Assembly: GCA_038259445.1 (NCBI GenBank)
Contig: JBBSOU010000002.1
Span: 561-64,560, forward strand
Direction of reading: 5' to 3'
DNA length: 64,000 nt
Source: Lysobacterales bacterium
GTDB taxonomy: Bacteria; Pseudomonadota; Gammaproteobacteria; Xanthomonadales; Rhodanobacteraceae
Part shown: positions 45,907-56,758 of the stretch, in pieces
Numbering within the stretch: the stretch's first letter is position 1
Layout of the letters: every line of letters begins with the position of its first letter
Translations under genes and position numbers: made by a program
The notes under the pieces: generated by a model
What the model was told of the DNA's origin: nothing
What the model saw: only the letters and a program-made list of their open reading frames with translations
Database searches by the model: none

Positions 45907-46971
45907 ATGACAGCCACGGTCGCCGCTCGCGCCCCCAATGAGTCTACCCAGCGCGCACAGCAGGACACGATCCTGTCACCACGGTTCTACACGACCGACT
46001 TCGCCGCAATGGACCGCATCGACGTCGCGCCAATCCGCGCGCAGTGGGAAACGCTGATGGCGGAATTCGAGACTGACATCAACGGCGACCATTTCCAGCG
46101 CCCGGCCAATCTCGACAAGGACTATTCGCATCTGCCGCCCGGGCTTTACGAAGAGTTCGTCGATTTCCTGATCAGTTCGGTCACCGCGGAATTTTCCGGT
46201 TGCGTGCTGTATTCGGACATCAAGAAGAAAACCACCAATCCCGACATGCAGAAGCTGTTCGGCTACATGGCCCGCGACGAAGCACGGCATGCCGGCTTCA
46301 TCAACCAGTGGCTCAAGGATTTCGGCATTGCCGTCGACCTCGGCTTCCTGACGCGCGCCAAGAAGTACAAGTACTTCAATCCGAAGTTCATCTTCTACGC
46401 GACCTACCTGTCCGAGAAGATCGGCTATGCGCGCTACATCACGATCTTCCGCCAGATCGAGAAGCATCCCCAATTGCGCTTTCATCCGATCTTCCAGTGG
46501 TTCGATCGCTGGTGCAACGACGAGTTCCGCCATGGCGAAGCGTTCGCACTGCTGATGCGCGCCAACCCGAAACTCCTGACCGGCATCAACAAGTACTGGA
46601 TCCGCTTCTTCGTGCTCGCCGTGTTCGCGACGATGTACGTGCGCGACCACGCGCGACCCGAATTGCACAAGGCGCTCGACTTCGATCCGACCGAGTACGA
46701 CTTCGCGGTGTTCCGCATCACCAGCGAGATTTCCAAGCAGGTGTTCCCACTCACCTTGAATCTCGATGATCCGCGCTTCCGCGCGGGGCTCGAAAGACTG
46801 CTGCACATCAACCGCCGCGTCGAGGAAGAAAAGAAGCGTGGTGGCGTACTGTCGTTGATCAAGCGCGGCGGTCTCGGTGCGAGCGCGGCGATCACCTTCG
46901 TGCGCCTGTACTTCCTGCCCGCGAACGCCAATAGCCTGCCAGCGGACGTGCGTCTCTCACCGGCCTGGTAA
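45907..46971 (+). CDS. acsF: Aerobic Mg-protoporphyrin IX monomethyl ester oxidative cyclase
   Basis: [19 protein letters not shown] and di-iron ExxH-type motifs ([17 protein letters not shown]). Confidence 0.95.
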   Translation: MTATVAARAPNESTQRAQQDTILSPRFYTTDFAAMDRIDVAPIRAQWETLMAEFETDINGDHFQRPANLDKDYSHLPPGLYEEFVDFLISSVTAEFSGCVLYSDIKKKTTNPDMQKLFGYMARDEARHAGFINQWLKDFGIAVDLGFLTRAKKYKYFNPKFIFYATYLSEKIGYARYITIFRQIEKHPQLRFHPIFQWFDRWCNDEFRHGEAFALLMRANPKLLTGINKYWIRFFVLAVFATMYVRDHARPELHKALDFDPTEYDFAVFRITSEISKQVFPLTLNLDDPRFRAGLERLLHINRRVEEEKKRGGVLSLIKRGGLGASAAITFVRLYFLPANANSLPADVRLSPAW

Positions 46972-46978
46972 CGCCTGA

Positions 46979-47872
46979 ATGTCGATGACTGCGCATGGAT
47001 GGCCGATCCTGTTCACGCTGTTCCTGTGGTGGTTCAGTACCGGCGCGATCCTTTTTCTGGATGGTCTGCCGAAGCGCACGTATCGCTGGAGCATGACGGG
47101 AGCGACGGTGGTGCTGATCGGTGCGCTGTACGCGTTGTCGATCACCTCGACCGATACCAGCGTGGCTGCGGCGTACTGCGCGTTCACCTGCGCGCTGCTG
47201 GTCTGGGGCTGGCTCGAGATGTCGTTCCTGATGGGCTTCATCACCGGCACGCGAACCGGTGATTGCCCGCCCGACGCGCAAGGTTGGCGACGCGCGCTGT
47301 ACGCGTTCGAGACCATCCTCTATCACGAGGCGGCTCTGGTCTGCGGCGCGCTCGTGATCGCGACAATCACGTGGGATGCGCCGAACCAGCTCGGGCTCTG
47401 GACATTCCTCGTCCTGCTGTTTTCGCGCGCGAGCACCAAACTCAACCTGTTCCTCGGCGTGCGCAACCTCAGCGAGGAGTTCCTGCCCGAACACCTGCGC
47501 TACCTGCAGACCTATTTCACGCGCAAGCCGATGAACCTGCTGTTTCCGCTGTCGGTAACGGTCGGTACCGTACTGGCAGCCGTACTCTGGCAGTCGGCGA
47601 TGGCGGCGAGTCCTGACGTCGCCACTGCAGCCGGACTCAGTTTCCTCGCCACACTGCTGACACTGGCCGTGCTTGAACACTGGTTCCTGATCGTGCCGAT
47701 CAATTTTTCGGCAATGTGGAACTGGAGCCTGCGCTCGCATGCAGCGAGCGCGGGCAATGCGGAATCCTCCAGTGCGTGCTCAGGTCAGGCGGATCCTACC
47801 GCGCACGAACGTTCGCTCGGTTCGAAGTTCGTCCCCGCCGCGGCAAATCCGTCCACATCGATTCGTCGATAG
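46979..47872 (+). CDS. puhE: Putative photosynthetic complex assembly protein PuhE
   Basis: Polytopic. WPILFTLFLWWFSTGAILFLDG. Synteny after acsF. Confidence 0.85.
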   Translation: MSMTAHGWPILFTLFLWWFSTGAILFLDGLPKRTYRWSMTGATVVLIGALYALSITSTDTSVAAAYCAFTCALLVWGWLEMSFLMGFITGTRTGDCPPDAQGWRRALYAFETILYHEAALVCGALVIATITWDAPNQLGLWTFLVLLFSRASTKLNLFLGVRNLSEEFLPEHLRYLQTYFTRKPMNLLFPLSVTVGTVLAAVLWQSAMAASPDVATAAGLSFLATLLTLAVLEHWFLIVPINFSAMWNWSLRSHAASAGNAESSSACSGQADPTAHERSLGSKFVPAAANPSTSIRR

Positions 47873-48141
47873 GTATACGCTGCAACAACACGCGATAGTG
47901 ACTTTTATCGCCACATGGACGACTGCGTTCCGAATTGTTTGGGTCAGTCCACGGTGAAGCACTTCCGCGTCAGTCGGGGCAATGTCGAGTCGATGGGTCG
48001 ACGCGTCGTGAAACAGCGTCGATGGTACGAGTGAACGGAAAAAACGTCATGCATGAGACGTCCAGTGAGGCTGGATGGCACGCCATCATCCCATCCCGTA
48101 TCGATTCCACTGCGATGCGCGCCTGCACGGAGGGTTTGGAC

Positions 48142-50253
48142 ATGAACACCAGCGGCCCTGATCATGGTGCTCGCGTCGAGCGGCTGCACGATCTTGGTGT
48201 GCTCGACACGCCGCCTGAGCGACTGTTCGATGCACTGACGCGCACGGCGTGTCTGGTCACGGCCGCGCCTATATCCCTGGTCAGCCTGGTCGATCAGCGC
48301 CGGCAATGGTTCAAGTCGCGCACCGGTCCCATGGAACTCAGCGAGACTCCGATCGAGATCGCGTTCTGCGCGATAGCGATCCGCACTGATGAACTGCTCG
48401 AGATCAGCGACGCAGCGACTGACCCACGATTCGCCGACAACCCGCTGGTGACCCGCGATGGGGTGCGCTTCTACGCCGGTGCGCCGATCGTTCTGGATGA
48501 CGGAATGCGCATGGGCACCTTGTGCGTCATGGATCATGTCCCGCGCGCGCTGACGCCAGTCCAGCGTAGCGTACTCGTCGAGCTTGCGGCAGCGGTGGCG
48601 CAGGCACTGCAGCAAAGATCAGCGGCCGAGCGCCAGCACGAAACGCTGCGCGAACTCGAACAATCCGAACGCGAGCGCGTACGCGAGCATGTCCGTCTCG
48701 AACACATGCTCGAAGCGACGCGCGCGGCGTCATGGGAGTGGGATCTGCGCAGCGGGGAAATCCGCTTCGACGATCGCTGGGCCGGCATGCTCGGCTACAC
48801 GCTGGCGGAACTCGAGCCAATCTCGATCGCCACGTGGCGCGATCTCATGCATGCCGAAGATCTCGCGAACGCAGAGCCTTTTTTTGCACCGTCCGCAACA
48901 CGGCAATCCCCGTTCCACATGTTCGAGGCGCGCATGCGCCACATGCTCGGACACTGGGTGTGGATCGGTTGGCGCGGCCGCGTCAGCGAATGGCTGGCCG
49001 ACGGCAGACCTGCGACCTTGATCGGCGCAAGCGTCGACGTGACGCCACGCAAGGAAGTCGAACAGCAACTTCGTGAAAGCCAGGCATTTCTCGATCGCAC
49101 AGGCCGCGTTGCCGGTGTCGGTGGCTGGGAAATCGATGTCCTCGACGGTACCTTGCGGCTGTCCGAGCAGGCGTGCCGGATTCATGAAATCCCGATCGGA
49201 AGCGAACTGTCACTCAGGGAGAGCCTTTCCTACTATGTCGTGGAGGCGAGACCGGTGCTCGAAGCAGCCGTACGCAAATGCATGTCCGACGCCAGGGAGT
49301 GGGACCTCGAGTTGCCATTCGTGACAGCTAACGGAAGAAAGATCTGGGTACGCGTGTCTGGGGCGGCAGAAATGCAGGGTGGTCGAGCACGCTGGGTGAT
49401 CGGTGCGCTGCAGGACATCAGCGTGCGCAAGCGCGCGGTACTGGCGCTCGAACTCAGCGAAAAGCGCTTCCGCAGCCTGTTCGAGAACAGCCTGGGCCTG
49501 ATCTGCACGCACGACCTCGACGGCACCATCCTCTCGGTCAATCGTGCACTCGCGCAGTCACTGCATTACCCGGTGGCGGAAATCGTCGGCAGGCCGCTGA
49601 CCGACTTCATGCCGAGAGAGCATCACGCTCTGTTCGAGGAATACCTTGCCCGGATTGCCCATGCCGGTGCCGACTCGGGCACCCTGCATCTCGACTCGGC
49701 TGATGGCACGCAACGCGTCTGGCAGTACCACAACACGCTCGACAATGACGGTGACATCCCGTTCGTGCTCGGACATGCTCAGGACATCACCGATCGCGAG
49801 CGCATGCAGAAAAAACTGAAGTTCCTGAGCACGCGGGACCCCCTAACCGGCTGCTACAACCGACGCTTCCTCACTGAACTCGAGGGCACCGTCGATGACG
49901 AAACCTGGGGCTGCATCGCCATCGATCTCGATCATTTCAAGCGTGTGAACGATGAGTTTGGCCATCAGCGTGGCGATGAAGTGCTGGTCGCCATGGCCCG
50001 ATTCCTCGATGGCCAGCTGCGTGCGGACGATGTAGTCATCCGTGCCGGAGGCGACGAGTTCTTCGTGCTGGTCAGGCAAGGTGACGAAACGCTCACCGCC
50101 GCGATGTGTGAACGCATCCTCGCGAGTCGAGCCCTGGCGCCGATCAGCTTCACGCTTGGCTCCGCCGTGCGTCGTGCCGGCATCACGCTCGAGGAGACGC
50201 TTGCGCGGGCCGATGTGAAGCTCTACGAGCAGCGCGCGATGCGCAGGGAATAG
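48142..50253 (+). CDS. GAF-PAS-PAS-PAS-GGDEF diguanylate cyclase
   Basis: RLHDLGVLDTPPE GAF start, repeated PAS/PAC blocks, RADDVVIRAGGDEFFVL (I-site RxxD plus intact GGDEF). Start chosen at MNTSGPD after GGAGG; ORF 47935 is the maximal extent. Confidence 0.85.
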   Translation: MNTSGPDHGARVERLHDLGVLDTPPERLFDALTRTACLVTAAPISLVSLVDQRRQWFKSRTGPMELSETPIEIAFCAIAIRTDELLEISDAATDPRFADNPLVTRDGVRFYAGAPIVLDDGMRMGTLCVMDHVPRALTPVQRSVLVELAAAVAQALQQRSAAERQHETLRELEQSERERVREHVRLEHMLEATRAASWEWDLRSGEIRFDDRWAGMLGYTLAELEPISIATWRDLMHAEDLANAEPFFAPSATRQSPFHMFEARMRHMLGHWVWIGWRGRVSEWLADGRPATLIGASVDVTPRKEVEQQLRESQAFLDRTGRVAGVGGWEIDVLDGTLRLSEQACRIHEIPIGSELSLRESLSYYVVEARPVLEAAVRKCMSDAREWDLELPFVTANGRKIWVRVSGAAEMQGGRARWVIGALQDISVRKRAVLALELSEKRFRSLFENSLGLICTHDLDGTILSVNRALAQSLHYPVAEIVGRPLTDFMPREHHALFEEYLARIAHAGADSGTLHLDSADGTQRVWQYHNTLDNDGDIPFVLGHAQDITDRERMQKKLKFLSTRDPLTGCYNRRFLTELEGTVDDETWGCIAIDLDHFKRVNDEFGHQRGDEVLVAMARFLDGQLRADDVVIRAGGDEFFVLVRQGDETLTAAMCERILASRALAPISFTLGSAVRRAGITLEETLARADVKLYEQRAMRRE

Positions 50254-50392
50254 GTTCCCTTCCGGGAACGCGGCTGTCGAGGATGCGTTGTCAGGTGACC
50301 ATCGCCCCGGTAACGTGGCGAACGTGCGGGATGTTGGCCGTGACCGCGTCGGGCCGCATTATCGCTTGCGTTGATTGGATGGAGAGTTGCGC

Positions 50393-52162
50393 ATGACGTT
50401 GCGTCTGCTGTGTGTACTGATGGTGCTGGCTGTCGTCGTCGGTCACGCCGACGCTGCGCCACCACCGACCGTGGCCGAGCAGTCCGGCTTCACGCGCACC
50501 GGGCGCTACGCGGAAGTCATCGAGCTCTGTTCCGCCTACGCCGTCGCCTATCCGCAGGCAATCCGCTGCGTGGAGTTCGGCCGTACGCCGGAAGGCCGGC
50601 CGATGCAGGCGCTGATCGCGAGTGCCGACTCGACACTGACGCCGGCCCTCGCACGAGAGCGCAGGCGCCCGGTATTGCTCGTGCAGGGCGGCATCCACGC
50701 CGGCGAGATCGATGGCAAGGACGCGGGTTTCCTCGCCTTGCGCGAACTGCTCGATGGCAGCGCGGCCAAGGGCGCGCTCGGCAAGCTCACGCTCGTCTTC
50801 GTGCCGGTGTTCAACGTCGATGGCCACGAACGCTTCGGCGCATGGAATCGTCCGAACCAGCGTGGACCCAGCGAGATGGGCTGGCGCACGACTGCGCAGA
50901 ATTTCAACCTCAACCGCGATTACATGAAGGCAGATGCACCCGAGATGCAGGCCATGCTGGCGCTGATCCGTGCATGGGACCCGATTGTCTATGCCGACCT
51001 GCACGTCACCAACGGCGCAAAGTTCGAGCACGACATCTCGTTCAACGTCGAACCCCTGCATTCGGGCGACGCCGCACTGCGCAAGGCCGGCCATGCGCTG
51101 CGCGAGAGCCTGCTCGGAAAGCTCGCTGCGCAGGGATCGTTGCCGTTGCCGTTCTACCCGTCGTTCGTCGACGACGACAACCCTGCCTCCGGCTTCGAGG
51201 ACGGCGTCGCCGCGCCGCGCTTCTCGCATGGCTACATGCCGCTGCGCAATCGTTTCGGCGTGCTCGTGGAGACACATTCATGGAAGGACTACCCGACCCG
51301 TGTGCGCGCCACCCGCAACACGGTCATCGGCCTCGTCGAACTGACGGCAACGCACGGCGCACGCTGGCGCGGCCTCGGCGCCGATGCCGACGTGCGCGCA
51401 AAGCGCCTCGGTGGCACCGATGTGCCACTGACCTGGAAGGCAACGGACACGAGCCGCACGATCGAGTTCCGTGGTTACGCCTACACACGAACGCTCTCGG
51501 AAGTGTCCGGCGCGCTGATGACGCGCTATGACGAGAAAAGTCCAGAAGTGTGGAGGATTCCACTGAAGGATGATGTGCAGCCGGCGACGTCGGTTGCAGC
51601 GCCCCGTGCGGGCTACGTGATTCCGCCGGCCCACGCCGAGCGGGTATCCCGACAGCTCGCACTGCATGGAATCTCGTTGCGCAGGATCGCCATCGATAGG
51701 CCGAAGGCCGGTGTGGAGTCATTCCGCGCGCACAAACGGGAGTTTGCTACGAAACCGTTTGAAGGACGCATGCCGGTCGCGCTCGAGGGTTCTTGGCGTG
51801 CCGAGGTACGCGACATCGCGGCAGGCTCGCTGTTCGTGCCGATCAACCAGGCCGGCGCGCGCATCGTTGTCGCCCTGCTGGAACCGCAGGCGCCCGACTC
51901 GATGGCAGCATGGGGCGACTTCAATGGTGCGTTCGAGCGCAAGGAATACATGGAGGGCTACGTCGCAGAGGAGGTGGCACGCGAGATGCTCGCCAAAGAC
52001 CCGGCGCTGGCAGAAGCGTTCGCCCGCAGGCTCGCCACGGAGCCTGCATTCGCCGCAGACCCGCGAGCCAGGCTCGAGTTCTTCGAGCGGCGCCATTCAT
52101 CGTGGGACGAACGCCTGGACCTGTACCCGGTCCTGCGCATCGATACCGATCCCGAAATCTGA
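50393..52162 (+). CDS. Secreted M14-family zinc carboxypeptidase-like protein
   Basis: Signal peptide MTLRLLCVLMVLAVVVGHADA. GGIHAGEIDGKDA, NVDGHERF, NLNRDY motifs. Confidence 0.8.
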   Translation: MTLRLLCVLMVLAVVVGHADAAPPPTVAEQSGFTRTGRYAEVIELCSAYAVAYPQAIRCVEFGRTPEGRPMQALIASADSTLTPALARERRRPVLLVQGGIHAGEIDGKDAGFLALRELLDGSAAKGALGKLTLVFVPVFNVDGHERFGAWNRPNQRGPSEMGWRTTAQNFNLNRDYMKADAPEMQAMLALIRAWDPIVYADLHVTNGAKFEHDISFNVEPLHSGDAALRKAGHALRESLLGKLAAQGSLPLPFYPSFVDDDNPASGFEDGVAAPRFSHGYMPLRNRFGVLVETHSWKDYPTRVRATRNTVIGLVELTATHGARWRGLGADADVRAKRLGGTDVPLTWKATDTSRTIEFRGYAYTRTLSEVSGALMTRYDEKSPEVWRIPLKDDVQPATSVAAPRAGYVIPPAHAERVSRQLALHGISLRRIAIDRPKAGVESFRAHKREFATKPFEGRMPVALEGSWRAEVRDIAAGSLFVPINQAGARIVVALLEPQAPDSMAAWGDFNGAFERKEYMEGYVAEEVAREMLAKDPALAEAFARRLATEPAFAADPRARLEFFERRHSSWDERLDLYPVLRIDTDPEI

Positions 52163-52188
52163 TTTGCGCGCAAGACGATCCGCGCAAA
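52163..52188 (+). terminator. 8-bp perfect hairpin directly after the M14 stop
   Basis: TTTGCGCG-N10-CGCGCAAA. No clear U-tract. Confidence 0.3.
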
Positions 52189-52251
52189 CCCCGAAAGCTA
52201 CCGGTCAACGTTGGATTTCCGGTGAGTCCGTCGACTCATCGGAGAACGCTC

Positions 52252-52920
52252 ATGCATGCACTGTTGCTCGATCGTCGCGCGCAAGCGCGACGCTGGAACT
52301 GGTCGCGAACCGGCAGCATCACGCTCGCCCTGACCCTACACATCACGGCGCTGCTGCTGCTCGCGCTGCCGGTGGATCAGCCTGCTCCGGCGACCGCGCC
52401 AGAGCGCGCGGTGACGACGATCACCTTGATCGAGGCGACTCCGCTGCCTGTCGAGCTTCCGCTGCCGGTCGAACCAAAGCCACTGCCGCGAATTCCGCGC
52501 GAACGCCCCGCGGCTGTGGCTGCGCATGTCCCGGTGACCGAATCGTCGGCAACCACAGCGCTCGCCGTGGCCCCTGCTGCCATCGATTCCCCGGTCGACC
52601 ACCAACCTGTCGCCATGACGGGTCCGGCGAGCGCGGGCGGGACGAACGTGTCGCTGGCCTACATCGACGTGGTCAATCCGCGCTACCCGCGCGACGCGCG
52701 CCGGCTCGGCGAACAGGGCACCGTGCTGCTCAGTGTGCAGGTCGACCGTGACGGACGCCCCACCCGGATCGACATTGAACGCAGCAGTGGCTCACGACGG
52801 CTCGATCGCGCCGCACGCGAGGCGGTGCAGCAGTGGCGGTTTCGACCGGTGCAGGTGGACGGCGTGGCAGTGCCGGCGCGCGGCACGGTGCCGATTGCGT
52901 TCAATCTCGAGCAGATGTGA
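52252..52920 (+). CDS. tonB: TonB-family energy transducer
   Basis: N-terminal TM, Pro-rich spacer (PLPVELPLPVEPKPLP), C-terminal YPRDARRLGEQGTVLLSVQVDRDGRP..SSGSRRLDRAA. Confidence 0.8.
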   Translation: MHALLLDRRAQARRWNWSRTGSITLALTLHITALLLLALPVDQPAPATAPERAVTTITLIEATPLPVELPLPVEPKPLPRIPRERPAAVAAHVPVTESSATTALAVAPAAIDSPVDHQPVAMTGPASAGGTNVSLAYIDVVNPRYPRDARRLGEQGTVLLSVQVDRDGRPTRIDIERSSGSRRLDRAAREAVQQWRFRPVQVDGVAVPARGTVPIAFNLEQM

Positions 52921-52955
52921 CCGGCTCGCTGCCGACGCGTACGCGCGCAGTCCGT

Positions 52956-52985
52956 GTGCCGTCGGGATGCGACTCCCGACGGCAC
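52956..52985. terminator. Perfect 12-bp stem-loop between convergent tonB and mscS
   Basis: GTGCCGTCGGGA-tgcgac-TCCCGACGGCAC. Confidence 0.45.
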
Positions 52986-53071
52986 CCCGCCATCTCAGCC
53001 TTCCGTGGTCGGCGTCGAATCAGACGAATGCCGCCGGCATCGTATATGGCGCAGTAAGGTGGCGAAGTGGC

Positions 53072-53974
53072 TCACCCACTGCGCCCGGACTTCTCGCCGG
53101 GCGACTTTTGCGACATCGGCTCATGTCCGATGGCCATCCCCTGCAGGTCGGCCGGCGCGGCGATGATGCGAATCTCGCGCTGTGGAAACGGGATTCCGAT
53201 GTTCGCGACATCGAAAGCTTTCTTGATGTTCTCCATCAAATCGCATTTGGTCACGAAGAAATCACTGTTGGCGACGTGGCAACGAATACCCAGATTGACG
53301 CTGCTCTCGCCCAGCTCATATACCAGCACATCCGGAGCAGGCTCGGCGAGTACGCGCTCATCGGCGTGCATGATCTTCAGTGCCGCGGCGCGCGCGACAT
53401 CGATGTCGTTGGCGTATCCGATTCCGATGATCAGCTCGATCCTGCGCTGCACATCGGGCGTCAGGTTGATGATCGAGTCGGTCGTGATCAGGCTGTTCGG
53501 CAAAGTGATGGTCTGGTTGTCCACACCACGCAAGCGGGTCTGGAAGATGTTGACGACCTCGACCTTGCCGGTCTCGCCGTTGATGGTGACGACATCGCCG
53601 ACCTTGAACGGGCGCAACGTCACCAGCATCACGCCAGAGGCGATGTTGGAAAGCGAATCCTTGAGCGCGAGGCCTATCGCGAGGCCGGCGGCACCGAGCA
53701 CCGCGATCATCGAGGTCATCGGCACGCCGAGCACCTGCACGACCGCCAGCAACATGACGACCTGCAGCGCGACCTGCACCACACGACCCAGGAACAGCGC
53801 CGCTGTCGGCTCGATGCTGCTGCGTTGCAGGGCACGGCCAATCCATCCGGCCAGCGCCGAGGCGATGCGCAAGCCGATCAGCAGCAGGATCAGCGCGCCG
53901 AGCAGGCGCAGTCCGATTGCGATACCGATCTCGAGCCATTTCGATTGCTCGATCGAAGCAAACCACTCGGCCAT
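53072..53974 (-). CDS. Small-conductance mechanosensitive channel (MscS family)
   Basis: GAAGLAIGLALKDSLSNIASGVMLVTLRPFKVGDVVTINGETGKVEVVNIFQT. Confidence 0.88.
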   Translation of the reverse strand: MAEWFASIEQSKWLEIGIAIGLRLLGALILLLIGLRIASALAGWIGRALQRSSIEPTAALFLGRVVQVALQVVMLLAVVQVLGVPMTSMIAVLGAAGLAIGLALKDSLSNIASGVMLVTLRPFKVGDVVTINGETGKVEVVNIFQTRLRGVDNQTITLPNSLITTDSIINLTPDVQRRIELIIGIGYANDIDVARAAALKIMHADERVLAEPAPDVLVYELGESSVNLGIRCHVANSDFFVTKCDLMENIKKAFDVANIGIPFPQREIRIIAAPADLQGMAIGHEPMSQKSPGEKSGRSG

Positions 53975-54124
53975 TGCAGACTCCCGTTGAGATAAGAATT
54001 GATGCGACCGGAAACATCAGGCGCGTGTGCGACGCAAACCATCGAACACCCTACAGCCGCGCCCGCAATGCGCCAACCCTTGAAGAAGTTTCATCTTCAG
54101 CGCGCTGACGCCTGCCGGCTGACT

Positions 54125-54790
54125 TCAGTCGCGCACGCGGCCGTTGCCTTCGTTGTCCCAGTAGCCGAACAGGCGACGCGCGACGAGCTTGTAGAGGCGC
54201 TTGCCGGACTGCTTCCAGGCGCTTGCGATCCACGAGCGACGGGCGAGCAGGCGTCGCTCGGTCGCGGTCAGTGACTGTGGACAGTAGGTCCGCTTGTGTT
54301 TGAGCAGGTGACGCAGATCCTCGCGGGCAAGCAGGCGGAACAGCGATCCACCACGCTCACGCAACCAGGCAATCTGGAAATCGACCACCGCCGGGCTGCC
54401 ATCGCAGCGCTGCAGCCAGTTCGGCTCCTTGGCGAGATCGTTGTGCACGACGCCGCGCACGCGCAATTGCTTGAGCAGGCGATGGGCCGCACGATAGAAG
54501 GCAGGATCACGTGGCTGCGCGCGCTGCATCGGCGCGCCTTCCATGAAGCTGCGATCTAGCACGCCATCCTGCCACGCGATGAGCTGTGGCACGCCATCCA
54601 CACCGAGCAGCGCAGTGAGCACCCTGGCCTCACGCGCGGCAGCGGTTCGCGCAATCCAGCGTACGCCGAAACGCGCCGAGCGCGTGTCGCGGCGGATCCA
54701 GCGCAACGCGCCTTCGGTGACGATCTCGATGTGTCCGAGCGCGTCGGACTTGAGCAGTTCGCTGGACATGGCCCCTGCATTATCGACCAT
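54125..54790 (-). CDS. Small protein-kinase-like fold protein (Kdo/RIO-like)
   Basis: GVVHNDLAKEPNWL catalytic-loop-like motif. 221 aa. Confidence 0.55.
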   Translation of the reverse strand: MVDNAGAMSSELLKSDALGHIEIVTEGALRWIRRDTRSARFGVRWIARTAAAREARVLTALLGVDGVPQLIAWQDGVLDRSFMEGAPMQRAQPRDPAFYRAAHRLLKQLRVRGVVHNDLAKEPNWLQRCDGSPAVVDFQIAWLRERGGSLFRLLAREDLRHLLKHKRTYCPQSLTATERRLLARRSWIASAWKQSGKRLYKLVARRLFGYWDNEGNGRVRD

Positions 54791-54866
54791 GCGTCGGCAT
54801 ACGTCGCCGCATGGCGCGTTCAGCGTGCTCGGCTACACTGCGCGGCCATCGCAAAGGGCTACCGGA

Positions 54867-55352
54867 ATGTCGAGCGACATCATTCTCTACGCACTGGCCG
54901 CCGCACTCGTGCTGGTCGGCATCGCCGGCACCATCCTGCCGGCCCTGCCCGGTGTTCCTCTCGTGTTCGCCGGCATGCTGGTCGCCGCCTGGGCCGGCGA
55001 TTTCGCCGTGATCGGCTGGCCGACGCTGAGCATTCTCGGCGTGCTCGCGGCGATTGCCATTGCCGTGGATTTCATTGCCGGCGTGCTCGGCGCGAAACGC
55101 GTAGGCGCCAGCGGCTGGGCCCTGTTCGGAGCGGCCGCGGGAACCGTGGTCGGCTTGTTCCTTGGGCTGCCGGGCCTGATTCTCGGTCCGTTCGTCGGCG
55201 CCCTGCTCGGCGAACTGATTGCCGGAAGCACCTTGCGACGCTCGACCACGGTCGGCATCGGCGCGTGGCTCGGCTTCATCTTCGGCACGCTGGCGAAGAT
55301 TGCCCTGTGCTTCACCATGCTCGGTGTGTTCGTTTTCTCACTGCTGATCTGA
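54867..55352 (+). CDS. DUF456-like membrane protein
   Basis: Internal Met MSSDIILYALAAALVLVGIAGTILPALPGVPLVF. Four TM segments. Confidence 0.65.
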   Translation: MSSDIILYALAAALVLVGIAGTILPALPGVPLVFAGMLVAAWAGDFAVIGWPTLSILGVLAAIAIAVDFIAGVLGAKRVGASGWALFGAAAGTVVGLFLGLPGLILGPFVGALLGELIAGSTLRRSTTVGIGAWLGFIFGTLAKIALCFTMLGVFVFSLLI

Positions 55353-56003
55353 CCACGGCGGCAGCACGTAGAAGTACACGCACAGAAACTGCAGCACGCT
55401 GCCGGCCAACACGAACGCATGCCATGTCGCGTGGTTGAACGGCATGCGTTTGGCCATGTAGAACGGCACACCGAGGCTGTAGCAGAGTCCGCCACTGATC
55501 AGCAGCCAGAAGCCGGCCGGCGTCAGGCTCGCATATAGCGGCTGCGCGGCGAGCATGCCGATCCAGCCCATGCCGAGGTACAGCGCCACGCGGACGCCGC
55601 GATGACGCACGCCAAGCAGCTCGATCGCGATGCCGATCAGCGCAATCGCCCAGACGATCGCGAACAGCGTGTAGCCCGTCGCACCGCGCAGGCTGATCAG
55701 CGTGTACGGCGTGTAGCTTCCGGCGATCAGCACGTAGATCGACGCATGGTCGATCACGCGCAGCAGCGGCTTGGCGCCGACGTTCGGGATGCCGTGGTAG
55801 AGCGTGGAGGCCGTGAACAGCAGCACCAGCGACATGCCGTAGACGACGCTGGCACCAAGGTCCCAGGCGTCGCCGTGGCGTGAAGCGGTTGCGACCATGA
55901 GCACGAGCCCGCAAATGCTCAGCACGATACCGAGGCCATGGATAGCACTCGATGCCGCTTCTTCGGCGGGCGGATAGCGCGGATCGAGCACGGGCGTCGC
56001 CAT
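55338..56003 (-). CDS. Hemolysin III / PAQR family membrane protein
   Basis: SAIHGLG...STLYHG...DHASIYVLIAGSYTP. Confidence 0.85.
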   Translation of the reverse strand: MATPVLDPRYPPAEEAASSAIHGLGIVLSICGLVLMVATASRHGDAWDLGASVVYGMSLVLLFTASTLYHGIPNVGAKPLLRVIDHASIYVLIAGSYTPYTLISLRGATGYTLFAIVWAIALIGIAIELLGVRHRGVRVALYLGMGWIGMLAAQPLYASLTPAGFWLLISGGLCYSLGVPFYMAKRMPFNHATWHAFVLAGSVLQFLCVYFYVLPPWSDQQ

Positions 56004-56089
56004 CGGTGCTCCGGTTCCGGGGTGGACTGCGCGACCTGCTCGCGCACCTCGAAGCTAGCGCACGTTCACTCCCCGCGCCACCCTGCCGA

Positions 56090-56533
56090 TCAGCGCCTGG
56101 CGATATGGAAACTGCCGAAGGCCACGCCGACGTCCCAGCCGCGACCCTTGCCCGAGAGCGCGAGCGAGATCGGTCCCTTGGTCACGACACGCGCCGTTGC
56201 AGACTTCGACGCGCCCGCGTGTGCCTCGGCGGTTGCGTAGCCGCCGATGATGTCGTTGATGCCGTAGACCTCGGAGAACCTGCCGATGCCGTCGGTGATT
56301 TCCGACTTGCCGAAGGTCAGTCCGCCGCCCTTGGCGGTGAGCTTGACGTTCATGCGGGTACCGTCGGTGCAGGTGACCGTGCCGGTGCCCGCAGACCGTT
56401 TGTAGAACGCTGACCAGCCCGACATCGAAAAGCGCAGCTCGCAATCGATCGGACCGGCTGCCTGCACGGGCGCAGAGGCGGTAGCGACGGTCAATCCGAG
56501 CAAGAGGATCGAAATGAGGGTTCGCATGGGCAT
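56090..56533 (-). CDS. Exported hypothetical protein
   Basis: Signal peptide MPMRTLISILLLGLTVATASAPVQA. High GC3. Confidence 0.55.
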   Translation of the reverse strand: MPMRTLISILLLGLTVATASAPVQAAGPIDCELRFSMSGWSAFYKRSAGTGTVTCTDGTRMNVKLTAKGGGLTFGKSEITDGIGRFSEVYGINDIIGGYATAEAHAGASKSATARVVTKGPISLALSGKGRGWDVGVAFGSFHIARR

Positions 56534-56758
56534 CTCCTGTCTGGCCTTGCATCATTCTGCTTTCGACAGGGCGCGCAAGACAATCCGTGACGACCCTTGC
56601 CGGGCCCGGCATTACTCTGTCGTTCATCGCAAACGGCATCGCGACCGCCGTTCGCGCATCCCGATTCCGTGTTCCCTTGTGCGGTAAATCCGATTACCCG
56701 GCGGGCAGCTTCTGCCGTACCCTACGCCGACTGCAGACCATGCGGAGCGAGAACGCGC

